From NCBI RefSeq assembly GCF_000025685.1, contig NC_013967.1, positions 1,140,001-1,172,000 on the forward strand: a stretch of 32,000 nucleotides of DNA. The letters run 5' to 3'. The DNA comes from Haloferax volcanii DS2 (lineage in GTDB: Archaea > Halobacteriota > Halobacteria > Halobacteriales > Haloferacaceae). The notes below the pieces were generated by a model, which was not told where the DNA came from, searched no databases, and worked only from the letters and a program-made list of their open reading frames with translations. Shown one piece after another: positions 24,974 through 32,000 of this stretch. Position 1 is the first letter of the stretch, and the number at the start of each line of letters is the position of its first letter. The translations under genes and the position numbers were made by a program.

Positions 24974-25360
24974 GTGCGACGGACTTTCGATATCCGAACC
25001 GAGCGCCGGCTTCAGGTCGTCGACGTGACCGACGAAGTCGAGGCGGCGCTTCCACGGGGATACGACGGCGTCTGTACGGTTTTCTCGACACACACGACGA
25101 CCGGCGTCTGCGTCAACGAGGCCGAATCGCGGCTGCTCGGCGACATCGAATCGATGCTCACCGAGGTGGTCCCCGACGACGGCTGGGACCACGACGAACT
25201 CGACGGCAACGCCGACTCGCACCTCCGCGCGCTCCTCGTCGGCAACGGCGTCTCGATACCCGTCGTCGACGGCGCTCTCGACCTCGGGCGGTGGCAGTCC
25301 GTCCTCCTCGTGGAGTGCGACGGCCCGCGCACGCGGACCGTGACGGTTGCGACGCCCTGA
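24974..25360 (+). CDS. YjbQ/UPF0047 family protein (secondary thiamine-phosphate synthase-like), 128 aa
   Basis: VVDVTDEV...CTVFSTHTTTGVCVNEAESRLLGDI...DGNADSHLRALLVG...GRWQSVLLVECDGPRTR. GTG start at 24974. Confidence 0.9.
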   Translation: MRRTFDIRTERRLQVVDVTDEVEAALPRGYDGVCTVFSTHTTTGVCVNEAESRLLGDIESMLTEVVPDDGWDHDELDGNADSHLRALLVGNGVSIPVVDGALDLGRWQSVLLVECDGPRTRTVTVATP

Positions 25361-25455
25361 ATCGACTCGGGACGCAGCCTCGCGGACAGCCAGGTCCCCG
25401 ACACCTCCCCGACCGCTGGCGGAGGGCTTACTTACTTCGGGACGGTTGCACGGGT

Positions 25456-25683
25456 ATGAGCAACCGCGTCGTACAAGGACGGATGGTCACGCCCGAGACG
25501 CTCGCCGAACTCGTCGAGGGCGAGCGCCCGATGGACGCCGAGCCGATTCAAGACGCCGACTTCGACTGCCCGGAGTGCGGCGAGAACGTCATCCAGGTGG
25601 GCTACATGCCGAGCGTGACGGAGTTCGTGACGGCCTACAAGTGCCAGGAGTGCGACTGGGCCGACGACGACCGCGACGAGTAG
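25456..25683 (+). CDS. Small acidic zinc-ribbon protein (75 aa; CPEC...CQEC)
   Basis: Internal ATG of track ORF 25291..25683. MSNRVVQGRMVTPETLAELVEG...DFDCPECGENV...YKCQECDWADDDRDE has two CxxC pairs. Confidence 0.65.
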   Translation: MSNRVVQGRMVTPETLAELVEGERPMDAEPIQDADFDCPECGENVIQVGYMPSVTEFVTAYKCQECDWADDDRDE

Positions 25684-25691
25684 AATCGAAA

Positions 25692-25703
25692 CCCCTTTAA
25701 GAA
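25692..25703 (+). promoter_or_regulatory. tRNA promoter (BRE/TATA: CCCCTTTAAGAA)
   Basis: TTTAAG at 25696..25701 lies about 38 nt upstream of the mature tRNA 5' end. This is the classic haloarchaeal tRNA promoter sequence. Confidence 0.55.
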
Positions 25704-25739
25704 AAATCGCCATACGAGAGAGTGCAGACAGAACGAATC

Positions 25740-25916
25740 GGGGCTGTGGCCAAGCCCGGCATGGCGACTGACTCCAGAGGCTTGGCGCCCGGGACGACAC
25801 TCCAGCTGATATACTGAGCGACCGACTGATCATCGGTCGTGTTGACGACCCTCTGGAGTTCCGAGGTGCCCACCGGAGATATCAGTCGATCGGGGGTTCA
25901 AATCCCTCCGGCCCCA
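25740..25916 (+). tRNA. tRNA-Trp (anticodon CCA at 25774..25776) with a 103 nt intron at 25778..25880
   Basis: Folded by hand. Acceptor GGGGCUG / CGGCCCC; D stem GCCA / UGGC; anticodon stem ACUGA (25767..71) / UCAGU (25882..86); loop CUCCAGA after splicing; T arm GGGGG-UUCAAAU-CCCUC; discriminator A at 25916. Exons are 38 + 36 nt, and CCA is not encoded. Confidence 0.92.
25778..25880 (+). ncRNA. Intron-encoded box C/D-like guide RNA for 2'-O-methylation of C34 and U39 of tRNA-Trp
   Basis: Guide 25802..25813 lies directly upstream of CTGA (25814..17), and A25809, the 5th nt upstream of the box, pairs with U39 (25882). Guide 25849..25860 (CCCTCTGGAGTT) lies upstream of the variant box CCGA (25861..64), and G25856, again the 5th nt upstream, pairs with C34 (25774). 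A GACGAC-type box-C-like element precedes each guide. Confidence 0.8.
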
Positions 25917-26003
25917 CTCTAACCTTAATCCTTTCGCAGGGTTTTAACAAGGAGTAGCGACGCTCTCGCGTGGGTTCTCACCCACTCAGGAGGTGCGTTC
26001 TCT

Positions 26004-26165
26004 GTGAGCGATTCTCCACCAGAGAAGAGCGACAGCGACGGCGAGAACCAACGCGCCGTCGCGGCGGCGGTCCCGCGGCTGTTTCTCTATGCACCGAGCC
26101 TCTATCACTCGTTTGAAAAGGAGTGGTGTTCGGTCGGAAGAAATTACCACAAGAATACCAACTGA
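26004..26165 (+). CDS. Candidate small protein (53 aa), weakly supported
   Basis: The GTG at 26004 is preceded by GGAGGTG 9 nt upstream. My translation is MSDSPPEKSDSDGENQRAVAAAVPRLFLYAPSLYHSFEKEWCSVGRNYHKNTN. GC3 is only moderately elevated, and the ORF is below the track cutoff. Confidence 0.3.
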   Translation: MSDSPPEKSDSDGENQRAVAAAVPRLFLYAPSLYHSFEKEWCSVGRNYHKNTN

Positions 26166-26171
26166 TTATAG
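26164..26171 (+). promoter_or_regulatory. TATA-like box for the 26194 gene
   Basis: GATTATAG lies 22 nt upstream of the ATG at 26194. Confidence 0.4.
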
Positions 26172-26193
26172 TCGCCGGGGGTGACGGGGCGGT

Positions 26194-26574
26194 ATGGTAC
26201 GGGACACAGCGCACCGACTCGCCGAGTACCTGAGCAGGCGCATCGGCGACGGGCTTCGGACGGTCGTTATCGCCGCCGACGGCGGCTACGAACTGGAATA
26301 CATCCGCGACGACCTCTCGGAGCGGTACACCGAACGGACGCTGACGGCGGCCGTCACCGACCTCCAAGTCGAGACGTCGTTTTCGTCTCCCAGTAGCGAC
26401 TCGTCTCCTGCCGGCGAACGCCGCGCGGTCGTCTACTACTACGAGAACGCGTTCGTCCTGCAGTTTCCCTTCTCCGAGGCGGAGCAAATCATCATCAGCA
26501 TCGGAACCGGCTTCGGGACTGACCTCCTGCGGTTCATCGAGGACTGCCGGCGCATCGTCGACCGGGAGAACTGA
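26194..26574 (+). CDS. Conserved-looking haloarchaeal hypothetical protein (126 aa)
   Basis: Acidic and GC3-rich: MVRDTAHRLAEYLSRRIGDGLRTVVIAADGGYELEYIRDDL...AVVYYYENAFVLQFPFSEAEQIIISIG. I do not recognise a family. Confidence 0.7.
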   Translation: MVRDTAHRLAEYLSRRIGDGLRTVVIAADGGYELEYIRDDLSERYTERTLTAAVTDLQVETSFSSPSSDSSPAGERRAVVYYYENAFVLQFPFSEAEQIIISIGTGFGTDLLRFIEDCRRIVDREN

Positions 26575-26682
26575 GCGCCGGGGCGGTCGCGGGCGGGGGT
26601 GAGGTCGATGCCGAGCGCTGACGACGGGAGGCGACGCCGCCGCTGCACAACGATTTTCTCTCGTGCGCCCGACGTGGGAGTG

Positions 26683-27171
26683 ATGGAACTCGTCTCTGTC
26701 GCCGCGCTCGCCGAGAACCGCGTCATCGGCCGCGACGGCGAACTCCCGTGGCCGAGCATCCCCGCCGACAAAAAGCAGTACCGAAGCCGCATCGCCGACG
26801 ACCCGGTCGTCCTCGGCCGGACGACGTTCGAGTCGATGCGCGACGACCTGCCGGGGAGCGCCCAAATCGTCATGAGCCGAAGCGAACGGTCGTTTTCGGT
26901 CGACACCGCCCACCGCGCGGCGAGCGTCGAAGAGGCGGTCGACATCGCGGCGTCGCTGGACGCGGAGACGGCCTACGTCATCGGTGGTGCCGCCATCTAC
27001 GCGCTGTTCCAACCCCACCTCGACCGGATGGTGCTGAGCCGCGTCCCCGGCGAGTACGAAGGCGACACGTACTACCCCGAGTGGGACGCCGCCGAGTGGG
27101 AACTCGACGCCGAGACCGACCACGAGGGCTTTACGCTCCAAGAGTGGGTCCGGTCGGCGTCGTCCAGATAG
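26683..27171 (+). CDS. folA: Dihydrofolate reductase (162 aa)
   Basis: [37 protein letters not shown]...[11 protein letters not shown]...YVIGGAAIY is the DHFR signature. The ATG at 26683 lies inside track ORF 26599..27171, and the T-rich element GATTTTCTC sits about 25 nt upstream. Confidence 0.92.
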
Positions 27172-27264
27172 TCGGCGGCCCCCAGACTCGCTCGGCTCCG
27201 GCGGCTCCGGCGAGGCCCGCTGGGGCGCGTAGCTTGATACGCCGGAGGGCCGTAGCGGGCGACG

Positions 27265-28569
27265 ATGCGTCCGAACCTCGACACGCGGATTCTCGCGCTC
27301 GCGCTGGCTCGGATGGTCGACGCCCTCGCCAACTCGTTTCTGGTCGTCGTCCTCCCGCTGTACATCGGGAGCCAACTGGTGTCGATGCCGTCGTTCGTCG
27401 GGACGACGCTTTCTCTCGGGGTCGTCGAGGTACCCCTCTCGACCGAACTCCTCATCGGCGTCGTGCTCTCGCTGTTCGGGTTTCTCAACAGCTTCAGCCA
27501 GCCGTTTACGGGGTCGCTGTCGGACCGCACGGGCCGCCGCCGAGTCTTTCTTTTGACCGGCCTCGCGCTCGTCGCCGTCGGGAGCGCCGGCTACCTCGTG
27601 TTCACGGCCTACGGCTCGATACTCGTCATGCGTGCGCTCCAGGGTCTCGGCGCGGCGTTCACCATCCCGGTCACGGTGGCGCTCGTGAACGAACTCTCCG
27701 ACGAGGACGAACGCGGCGGCAACTTCGGCCTGTTCAACACCTTCCGACTGCTCGGTTTCGGGACCGGCCCGCTCGTCGCCGGCGGCGTCGTCACCGCCGG
27801 CCCCTACTCGCTCGCCGGCGTCGCGCTCTCCGGCTTCGACGCCGCGTTCCTCGTCGCGGTCGTCGGCGCGGCGGTCAGTTTCGTCCTCATCGCGCTGCTC
27901 ATCGAGGACCCAGAACGGACCGACAGCGAGGCGGCCGACGACATCTCGATTTCGGTTCGGAACCCCGACGGCCCCGGCCTCGACCCCGTGTTCGCCCTCG
28001 GCGTCGCGACCGTCGTGATGGCGCTGAGCATCGCCATGTACGCCCCGCTCGCAAACGTCATCAACGAGCGCCTCGACCAGGGGACGTTCCTGTTTTCGGT
28101 GCAGTTCGGCGCGACCGTCCTCGCCAACGTCGTCTTCCAGTACCCCATCGGCCGGCTGAGCGACCGCTACGGGCGGCGGCCGTTCCTCGTCGGCGGCTTC
28201 GTCCTCCTGCTCCCGACGACGCTCGCACAGGGGTTCGTCCAGACGCCGGCGCTGATGATTCTCGCGCGGTTCCTGCAAGGCGTCGCGGTCGCGGCCGTCT
28301 TCGCTCCCTCGCTCGCCCTCGCCGGCGACATCGCCAAGGCGGGGCAGTCGGGGTCGACGCTCTCGCTTCTCACGATGGGGTTCGGCCTCGGCGTCGCCAT
28401 CGGCGCGCTGTTCTCGGGCGTCCTCGTCGGCTTCGGCTTCGCCGTCCCCTTCGTGGCCGCGACCGCGCTGGGCGCGGTCGGCCTGCTCCTCGTCTACACG
28501 CAGGTCGGAGAAACCGTCGAGGTCGGCGGCGGTGGCGGCGGCAGTCCCTCGCCCGCCCGCGGCGATTAG
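27265..28569 (+). CDS. MFS transporter (434 aa)
   Basis: 12 TM-like helices. The motif GSLSDRTGRRRVFL (MFS loop 2-3) and its second-half equivalent GRLSDRYGRRPFLV are both present. Confidence 0.9.
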   Translation: MRPNLDTRILALALARMVDALANSFLVVVLPLYIGSQLVSMPSFVGTTLSLGVVEVPLSTELLIGVVLSLFGFLNSFSQPFTGSLSDRTGRRRVFLLTGLALVAVGSAGYLVFTAYGSILVMRALQGLGAAFTIPVTVALVNELSDEDERGGNFGLFNTFRLLGFGTGPLVAGGVVTAGPYSLAGVALSGFDAAFLVAVVGAAVSFVLIALLIEDPERTDSEAADDISISVRNPDGPGLDPVFALGVATVVMALSIAMYAPLANVINERLDQGTFLFSVQFGATVLANVVFQYPIGRLSDRYGRRPFLVGGFVLLLPTTLAQGFVQTPALMILARFLQGVAVAAVFAPSLALAGDIAKAGQSGSTLSLLTMGFGLGVAIGALFSGVLVGFGFAVPFVAATALGAVGLLLVYTQVGETVEVGGGGGGSPSPARGD

Positions 28570-28623
28570 CGCCGCGTCGACGCCGCGGTCGACGTCGACG
28601 CCCGGTCCGCGTCGGCGTCGGCG

Positions 28624-29697
28624 TCAGTCGGCGCCACCAACGATATCGAGCAAAAACGAGCGAACCGTCGCCGCCGTCTCGTCCCACGTCGGGTGCGCGA
28701 GAAAGCGGTCGCGGGCCGAGATAGCGAGCGACTGCAACCGCCGGCGATTCCGACACAGCGGGGCCACGGCGTCGGTGAGTTCGGCCGGGTCGGTCGGGTC
28801 GACGAGGAAGCCGTCTTCGCGGTGCGTGACGAGTTCGCTCGCGCCGCCGGCCGACGAGACGAGCGCCGGGAGGCCGAACCCCATCGCCTCGACCGCGGCG
28901 ATGCCGAACCCCTCGTAGTGGGAGGGGAGCGCGAACAGGTGTGACTCCCGGAGCGTCGCGGCGAGGTCGGCGTCCGAGAGCCGGCCCGCGAACGTCACGC
29001 GGTCGTCGATGCCGCGGGCGACCGCGAGGGCCGAAAGCGAGTCGGCGTAGTCGGCGTCGACCGCCGCGCCGACGACGGTTAGCTTCCAGTCGTCGCGGGC
29101 GCGAGCGAGACCGCGGAGCAGGCCGTCGACGTTCTTCCGCGGTTCGAGGTTGCAGACGGTGACGACGCGGAGCGGCCCATCGGCGGCGCGCGCCCGTATC
29201 TCGTCGTCGTCGAGGGGCGCGCCGAACGACGCAAAGCGGTCGCCGGCGGGGTGCGCCACGACGCTCGGGTCGGGGTCGGTGACGGCCGCGACCGTCCGTT
29301 TCGTCGTCTCGCTGTTGAAGACGAACGCGTCCGCAGAACGGAGATACCGGGTCTCGACGGCGCGTCTGGCGTGTCGTCGCCACGCCCGGAACCGCTCCAG
29401 CGAGTTGAGGTGGTGGACGACGGAGACGACCGGGGTCTCGTCGTCGAGCAGGGCGTTCGCGCCGACGAGCGAGGGGTGACACAGTTCGTCCTGCAAGAGC
29501 ACGTCCACGTCGAGGGCGCGGAGGCGGCGGACGGCGGTGACGTTGTCCCGGAGTCGCTTCCGGTACGGCCGCTCGGGGAGCGAGACGACGGTCACGTCGT
29601 CGCCGGCGGCGCGGAGTCCGCCGACGAGTTCGGAGTCGTAGCGATAGCCGCCGGAGCGGTCGTCGAGCGGGCCGTAGACGACGAGGCCGACACGCAC
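28624..29697 (-). CDS. GT4-family (GT-B) glycosyltransferase, 357 aa
   Basis: C-terminal EGFGIAAVEAMGFGLPALVSSAGGASELV (EX7E motif); N-terminal MRVGLVVYGPLDDRSGGYRY. GTG start, 1 nt after the upstream stop. Confidence 0.9.
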   Translation of the reverse strand: MRVGLVVYGPLDDRSGGYRYDSELVGGLRAAGDDVTVVSLPERPYRKRLRDNVTAVRRLRALDVDVLLQDELCHPSLVGANALLDDETPVVSVVHHLNSLERFRAWRRHARRAVETRYLRSADAFVFNSETTKRTVAAVTDPDPSVVAHPAGDRFASFGAPLDDDEIRARAADGPLRVVTVCNLEPRKNVDGLLRGLARARDDWKLTVVGAAVDADYADSLSALAVARGIDDRVTFAGRLSDADLAATLRESHLFALPSHYEGFGIAAVEAMGFGLPALVSSAGGASELVTHREDGFLVDPTDPAELTDAVAPLCRNRRRLQSLAISARDRFLAHPTWDETAATVRSFLLDIVGGAD

Positions 29698-29698
29698 G

Positions 29699-30076
29699 TC
29701 AGAGCGGAGTCTCGTAGGTCGCGCTCGCCACGTCGTCCTCCCAAACGCGGACGGAGACGTGCTGGGGTGCGTCGAGCGAGGCCGCCTCGACGAACCGCTC
29801 GCACACCTCGCGGGCGAACCGCTCGACGCTCGGGTTCTGCCCCGAGAACTCCACGAGTTCGTTCATCGTCTCGTCGCGATAGCGAGACAGCGTCGCGTCC
29901 AGCGCGGCCTTCACGTCGTCGATGTCGACGAGGTAGCCGTACTCGTCGAGCTCCGGTCCCGACAGTTCGACCTCGACGGTGAACGCGTGAGAGTGTAACT
30001 CACCCTCCGGGCCGGGGTTCGGAACCGTCAGGTGGTGCTGGGCGATGAGGTCCCTGCGAACCGAGACGCGGTACAT
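29699..30076 (-). CDS. 6-pyruvoyl-tetrahydropterin synthase / QueD-fold protein lacking the catalytic Cys (125 aa)
   Basis: Zn-ligand pattern AQHHL ... ELHSH and YLVDIDDVK. The position 4 residues before the HxH motif is Glu (EGELHSH) rather than the Cys of the QueD CxxxHGH motif. Confidence 0.88.
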   Translation of the reverse strand: MYRVSVRRDLIAQHHLTVPNPGPEGELHSHAFTVEVELSGPELDEYGYLVDIDDVKAALDATLSRYRDETMNELVEFSGQNPSVERFAREVCERFVEAASLDAPQHVSVRVWEDDVASATYETPL

Positions 30077-30082
30077 GAACTG

Positions 30083-31081
30083 TCAACAGTTCCGGTACGT
30101 AAAGAGGATTTGGACGGCCTCGTCGGGCGCGTCTTCGAGGAGTCGGTAGGCGCGAGCGGCGGACTCGACGCCGATTCGGTGGGTCACGAGCGGGTCCAGC
30201 GGGAGGTCTTCGAGGTGGTCCCACGCCAGCGAAAAGCGGCGGTCGGCGTCCCAGCGGCCGCGAAGGTCGGGGTCGATGGTGCTGACCTGACTGCTCTCGA
30301 CGCTGATGCGCGAGCGGTGGAACCGCCCGCCGAGGTCGAGGGTGGCTGGCTTGGTGCCGTACCACGACCCGACGACGACCCGGCCGTCGTACCGCGTCAC
30401 CGACAGCGCGTCGTCGAGCGCGTCGGGGTCGCCCGAGAGTTCGAGCGTCAGGTCGGCCCCGTCGGCGGGGGCGTCAAGCGACTCGGGATGGACGGCCTCG
30501 TCGGCGCCGAGGTCCTCGGCGATGGCCCGGCGCTCGGCCACGCAGTCGACCGCGGTCAGACTCCCGAGCGGGAACTGCGCGAGGAGCGCGGTCGTCACGA
30601 GCCCGACGACGCCCTGTCCGAAGACGACGGCGTGCTCACCGATGAGCGGCCGACCGTCCATCACGAAGTTGAGCGCGGTCTCCATCGTCGGCAGGAGCGC
30701 GGCGCGCTCGTCGGTCACGTCGTCGGGGACGGCGATGAGTTCCGAGGGGGACGCGAGAAAGCGGCTCTCGTGGGGGTTGAACGCGAAGACGCGGCTGCCG
30801 AGCCGCGAGTCGGGCACGCCGTCACCGACGGCCTCGATTTCGCCGACGGCGGCGTAGCCGTAGCGGAGCGGAAACGAGAGGTCGCCCTCCAGCGCCGCGA
30901 TTGACTCGTCGGCGGCGAGGTCGGTCGGGGCCTCGCCGCGGTAGACGAGTCGCTCGGTCCCGGAACTCACCGCGGAGGTCAGGGTGCGGACGCGGACCTC
31001 CTCGGGACCGGGCGCTGGCACGTCGCGGTCGCGGACCTCGACGCGTTCGGGGGCCACGAAGTAGACCGCGCGACCCTCCAT
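30083..31081 (-). CDS. Medium-chain (zinc-type) alcohol dehydrogenase/reductase family protein, 332 aa
   Basis: GroES-like N-terminal domain (VRVRTLTSAVSSGTERLVYRGE) and Rossmann motif VVFGQGVVGLV. The start lies 3 nt after the upstream stop. Confidence 0.85.
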   Translation of the reverse strand: MEGRAVYFVAPERVEVRDRDVPAPGPEEVRVRTLTSAVSSGTERLVYRGEAPTDLAADESIAALEGDLSFPLRYGYAAVGEIEAVGDGVPDSRLGSRVFAFNPHESRFLASPSELIAVPDDVTDERAALLPTMETALNFVMDGRPLIGEHAVVFGQGVVGLVTTALLAQFPLGSLTAVDCVAERRAIAEDLGADEAVHPESLDAPADGADLTLELSGDPDALDDALSVTRYDGRVVVGSWYGTKPATLDLGGRFHRSRISVESSQVSTIDPDLRGRWDADRRFSLAWDHLEDLPLDPLVTHRIGVESAARAYRLLEDAPDEAVQILFTYRNC

Positions 31082-31084
31082 CGC

Positions 31085-31870
31085 TCAGTCGTCTGCGGTC
31101 TCGACGGCGGCGTCGGCGTACTCGACGGTCGTGCCGCGGTGGCGACAGTCTTCGAGCGCGTGTTTGGCCGCGAAGCCGGCCTCGTGAGCGTTCGACGCCG
31201 TGCCGACGCCGACTTTGAGTTCCACGTCCGCCTCGGCCTCGACGTGGTCGATTGCGTCGCGGTACTGGTCTTCTGTGAGGTCGGGCGTGACCGAAATGAT
31301 GTTGTCGCCGCCGACGAAGAACGACAGCGCGCCGTGTTCCTCGCGCAGGTGGCGCATGAGCGACGCGTAGCCCTGTTCGATGTGGATGAACGTGTCGAAC
31401 TCGTTGAGGCGGTCGGTGTACTTGCCCGTCGCGTCGTTCACGTCGAAGTGCGCGATTTGGAGATCGGTTCCCGTGCGGTCGGCGTCCGCGAGGGTCTCCC
31501 CGGAGAGCACTTCGCGGCGGTCGCCGTCCTGTGCGCTCCCGACGCGCTGGATGCGGTCGGTGGCGCGTTCGAGCGCGACTGCGGGCGACCGGTCGACGCC
31601 GATGCCGAGACTGAGCGTTACGGGATAGCGGTTCGCGATAGACTCCTGCAGCAGTTCGTGGTCGTCGCGGTCGAGACCGTTGGTGACCGCGACCATGTTG
31701 TCGAATCGGGTGAAAAACGCGTACCCGTCGCGAGAGCCGACGTACTGGGCCAAGTCGGCGAAGAGCCGCGACTGGAGCGTCTGGAGGTCCATCTCCCGCC
31801 GCGGGTCCGGAGTGACCGTCCACGGCCCGTAGTTGTCGATTTGGACGAGTGTCAGCTGCGTATTCGTCAC
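31085..31870 (-). CDS. arfA: GTP cyclohydrolase III (archaeal ArfA type; FAPy-forming), 261 aa
   Basis: LTLVQIDNYGPWTVTPDPRREMDLQTLQSRLFADL is the hallmark N-terminus of the MJ0145-type enzyme. GTG start at 31870. Confidence 0.9.
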   Translation of the reverse strand: MTNTQLTLVQIDNYGPWTVTPDPRREMDLQTLQSRLFADLAQYVGSRDGYAFFTRFDNMVAVTNGLDRDDHELLQESIANRYPVTLSLGIGVDRSPAVALERATDRIQRVGSAQDGDRREVLSGETLADADRTGTDLQIAHFDVNDATGKYTDRLNEFDTFIHIEQGYASLMRHLREEHGALSFFVGGDNIISVTPDLTEDQYRDAIDHVEAEADVELKVGVGTASNAHEAGFAAKHALEDCRHRGTTVEYADAAVETADD

Positions 31871-31940
31871 GGTAGACGAGTAGGGCGTCGCGCATATTGG
31901 TCTTTGGTTCTGTGACGGTTCCGCCGCAACCCCGAGTCGC

Positions 31941-32000
31941 TCAGCCGCCCGACTCCCGGAGCGTCCGGCTGGCGACCACGTCGAGGACCGCCCACGTCGC
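31941..32000 (-). CDS. C-terminal 19 codons of an unidentified gene running off the window
   Basis: The minus frame ...ATWAVLDVVASRTLRESGG ends in a stop at 31943..31941 and is GC3-rich. It is too short to identify. Confidence 0.3.
   Translation of the reverse strand, partial: ATWAVLDVVASRTLRESGG

Noticed and set aside
25917-26193. Possible integrated element at the tRNA-Trp 3' flank
   Set aside because: There is no direct repeat of the tRNA 3' end anywhere in the window, no integrase or phage-like genes, and the downstream genes (folA, MFS) are ordinary chromosomal genes.
25978-28724. 766 aa minus-strand ORF and 658 aa plus-frame ORF spanning folA and the MFS transporter
   Set aside because: They have extreme Arg/Asp/Glu or Arg/Pro composition and overlap three or four well-supported plus-strand genes.
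28370-31915. ORFs 28370..29482 (-), 30000..30365 (-), 30032..30904 (+), 30822..31895 (-) and 31139..31915 (+)
   Set aside because: They are Arg-rich shadow frames of the GT4, PTPS-like, dehydrogenase and arfA genes.
1-32000. Search by eye for CRISPR arrays, IS elements with terminal inverted repeats, rRNA, and additional tRNAs
   Set aside because: I saw no regularly spaced repeats, no transposase- or integrase-like ORFs and no rRNA-like segments. The only structured RNA gene I could support is tRNA-Trp.

Overview
GC-rich (roughly two-thirds G+C by eye) chromosomal window from a haloarchaeon (class Halobacteria). This is supported by strongly acidic predicted proteins, very high third-codon-position G+C, A/T-rich TATA-like boxes about 25 nt upstream of many start codons (leaderless mRNAs), and an intron-containing tRNA-Trp of the Haloferax type. 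I support about 38 protein genes, 1 tRNA with an intron-encoded methylation guide, and several promoter, terminator and repeat elements. Most long ORFs in the supplied track are Arg/Pro/Gly-rich shadow frames opposite real genes and were rejected. Housekeeping content includes guaB, folA, a class I/II aminotransferase with an Lrp/AsnC regulator, NhaC, two MFS transporters, UspA, YjbQ, and TrmB and REC-HalX regulators. Five regions deserve attention. (1) A 7.7 kb, six-gene, translationally coupled minus-strand operon (3500-11204) combines MoxR AAA+, DUF58 and two large doubly membrane-anchored vWA proteins with a membrane-anchored coiled-coil protein and a 3-TM acidic protein. (2) A locus at 16643-19534 encodes a Walker-A-less RecA/KaiC-like protein next to a ~708 aa protein with a caspase/CHAT-like His-Cys core, and that gene is split by a frameshift in a (CG)4 run. 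(3) A four-gene operon (28624-31870) encodes GTP cyclohydrolase III, an MDR dehydrogenase, a PTPS/QueD-like enzyme with Glu in place of the catalytic Cys, and a GT4 glycosyltransferase, close to folA. (4) Two bPH2 membrane-protein paralogs lie in tandem. (5) Several small genes are missing from the ORF track, and there is an unexplained 600 bp non-coding spacer. No CRISPR array, IS element, integrase or rRNA was seen.
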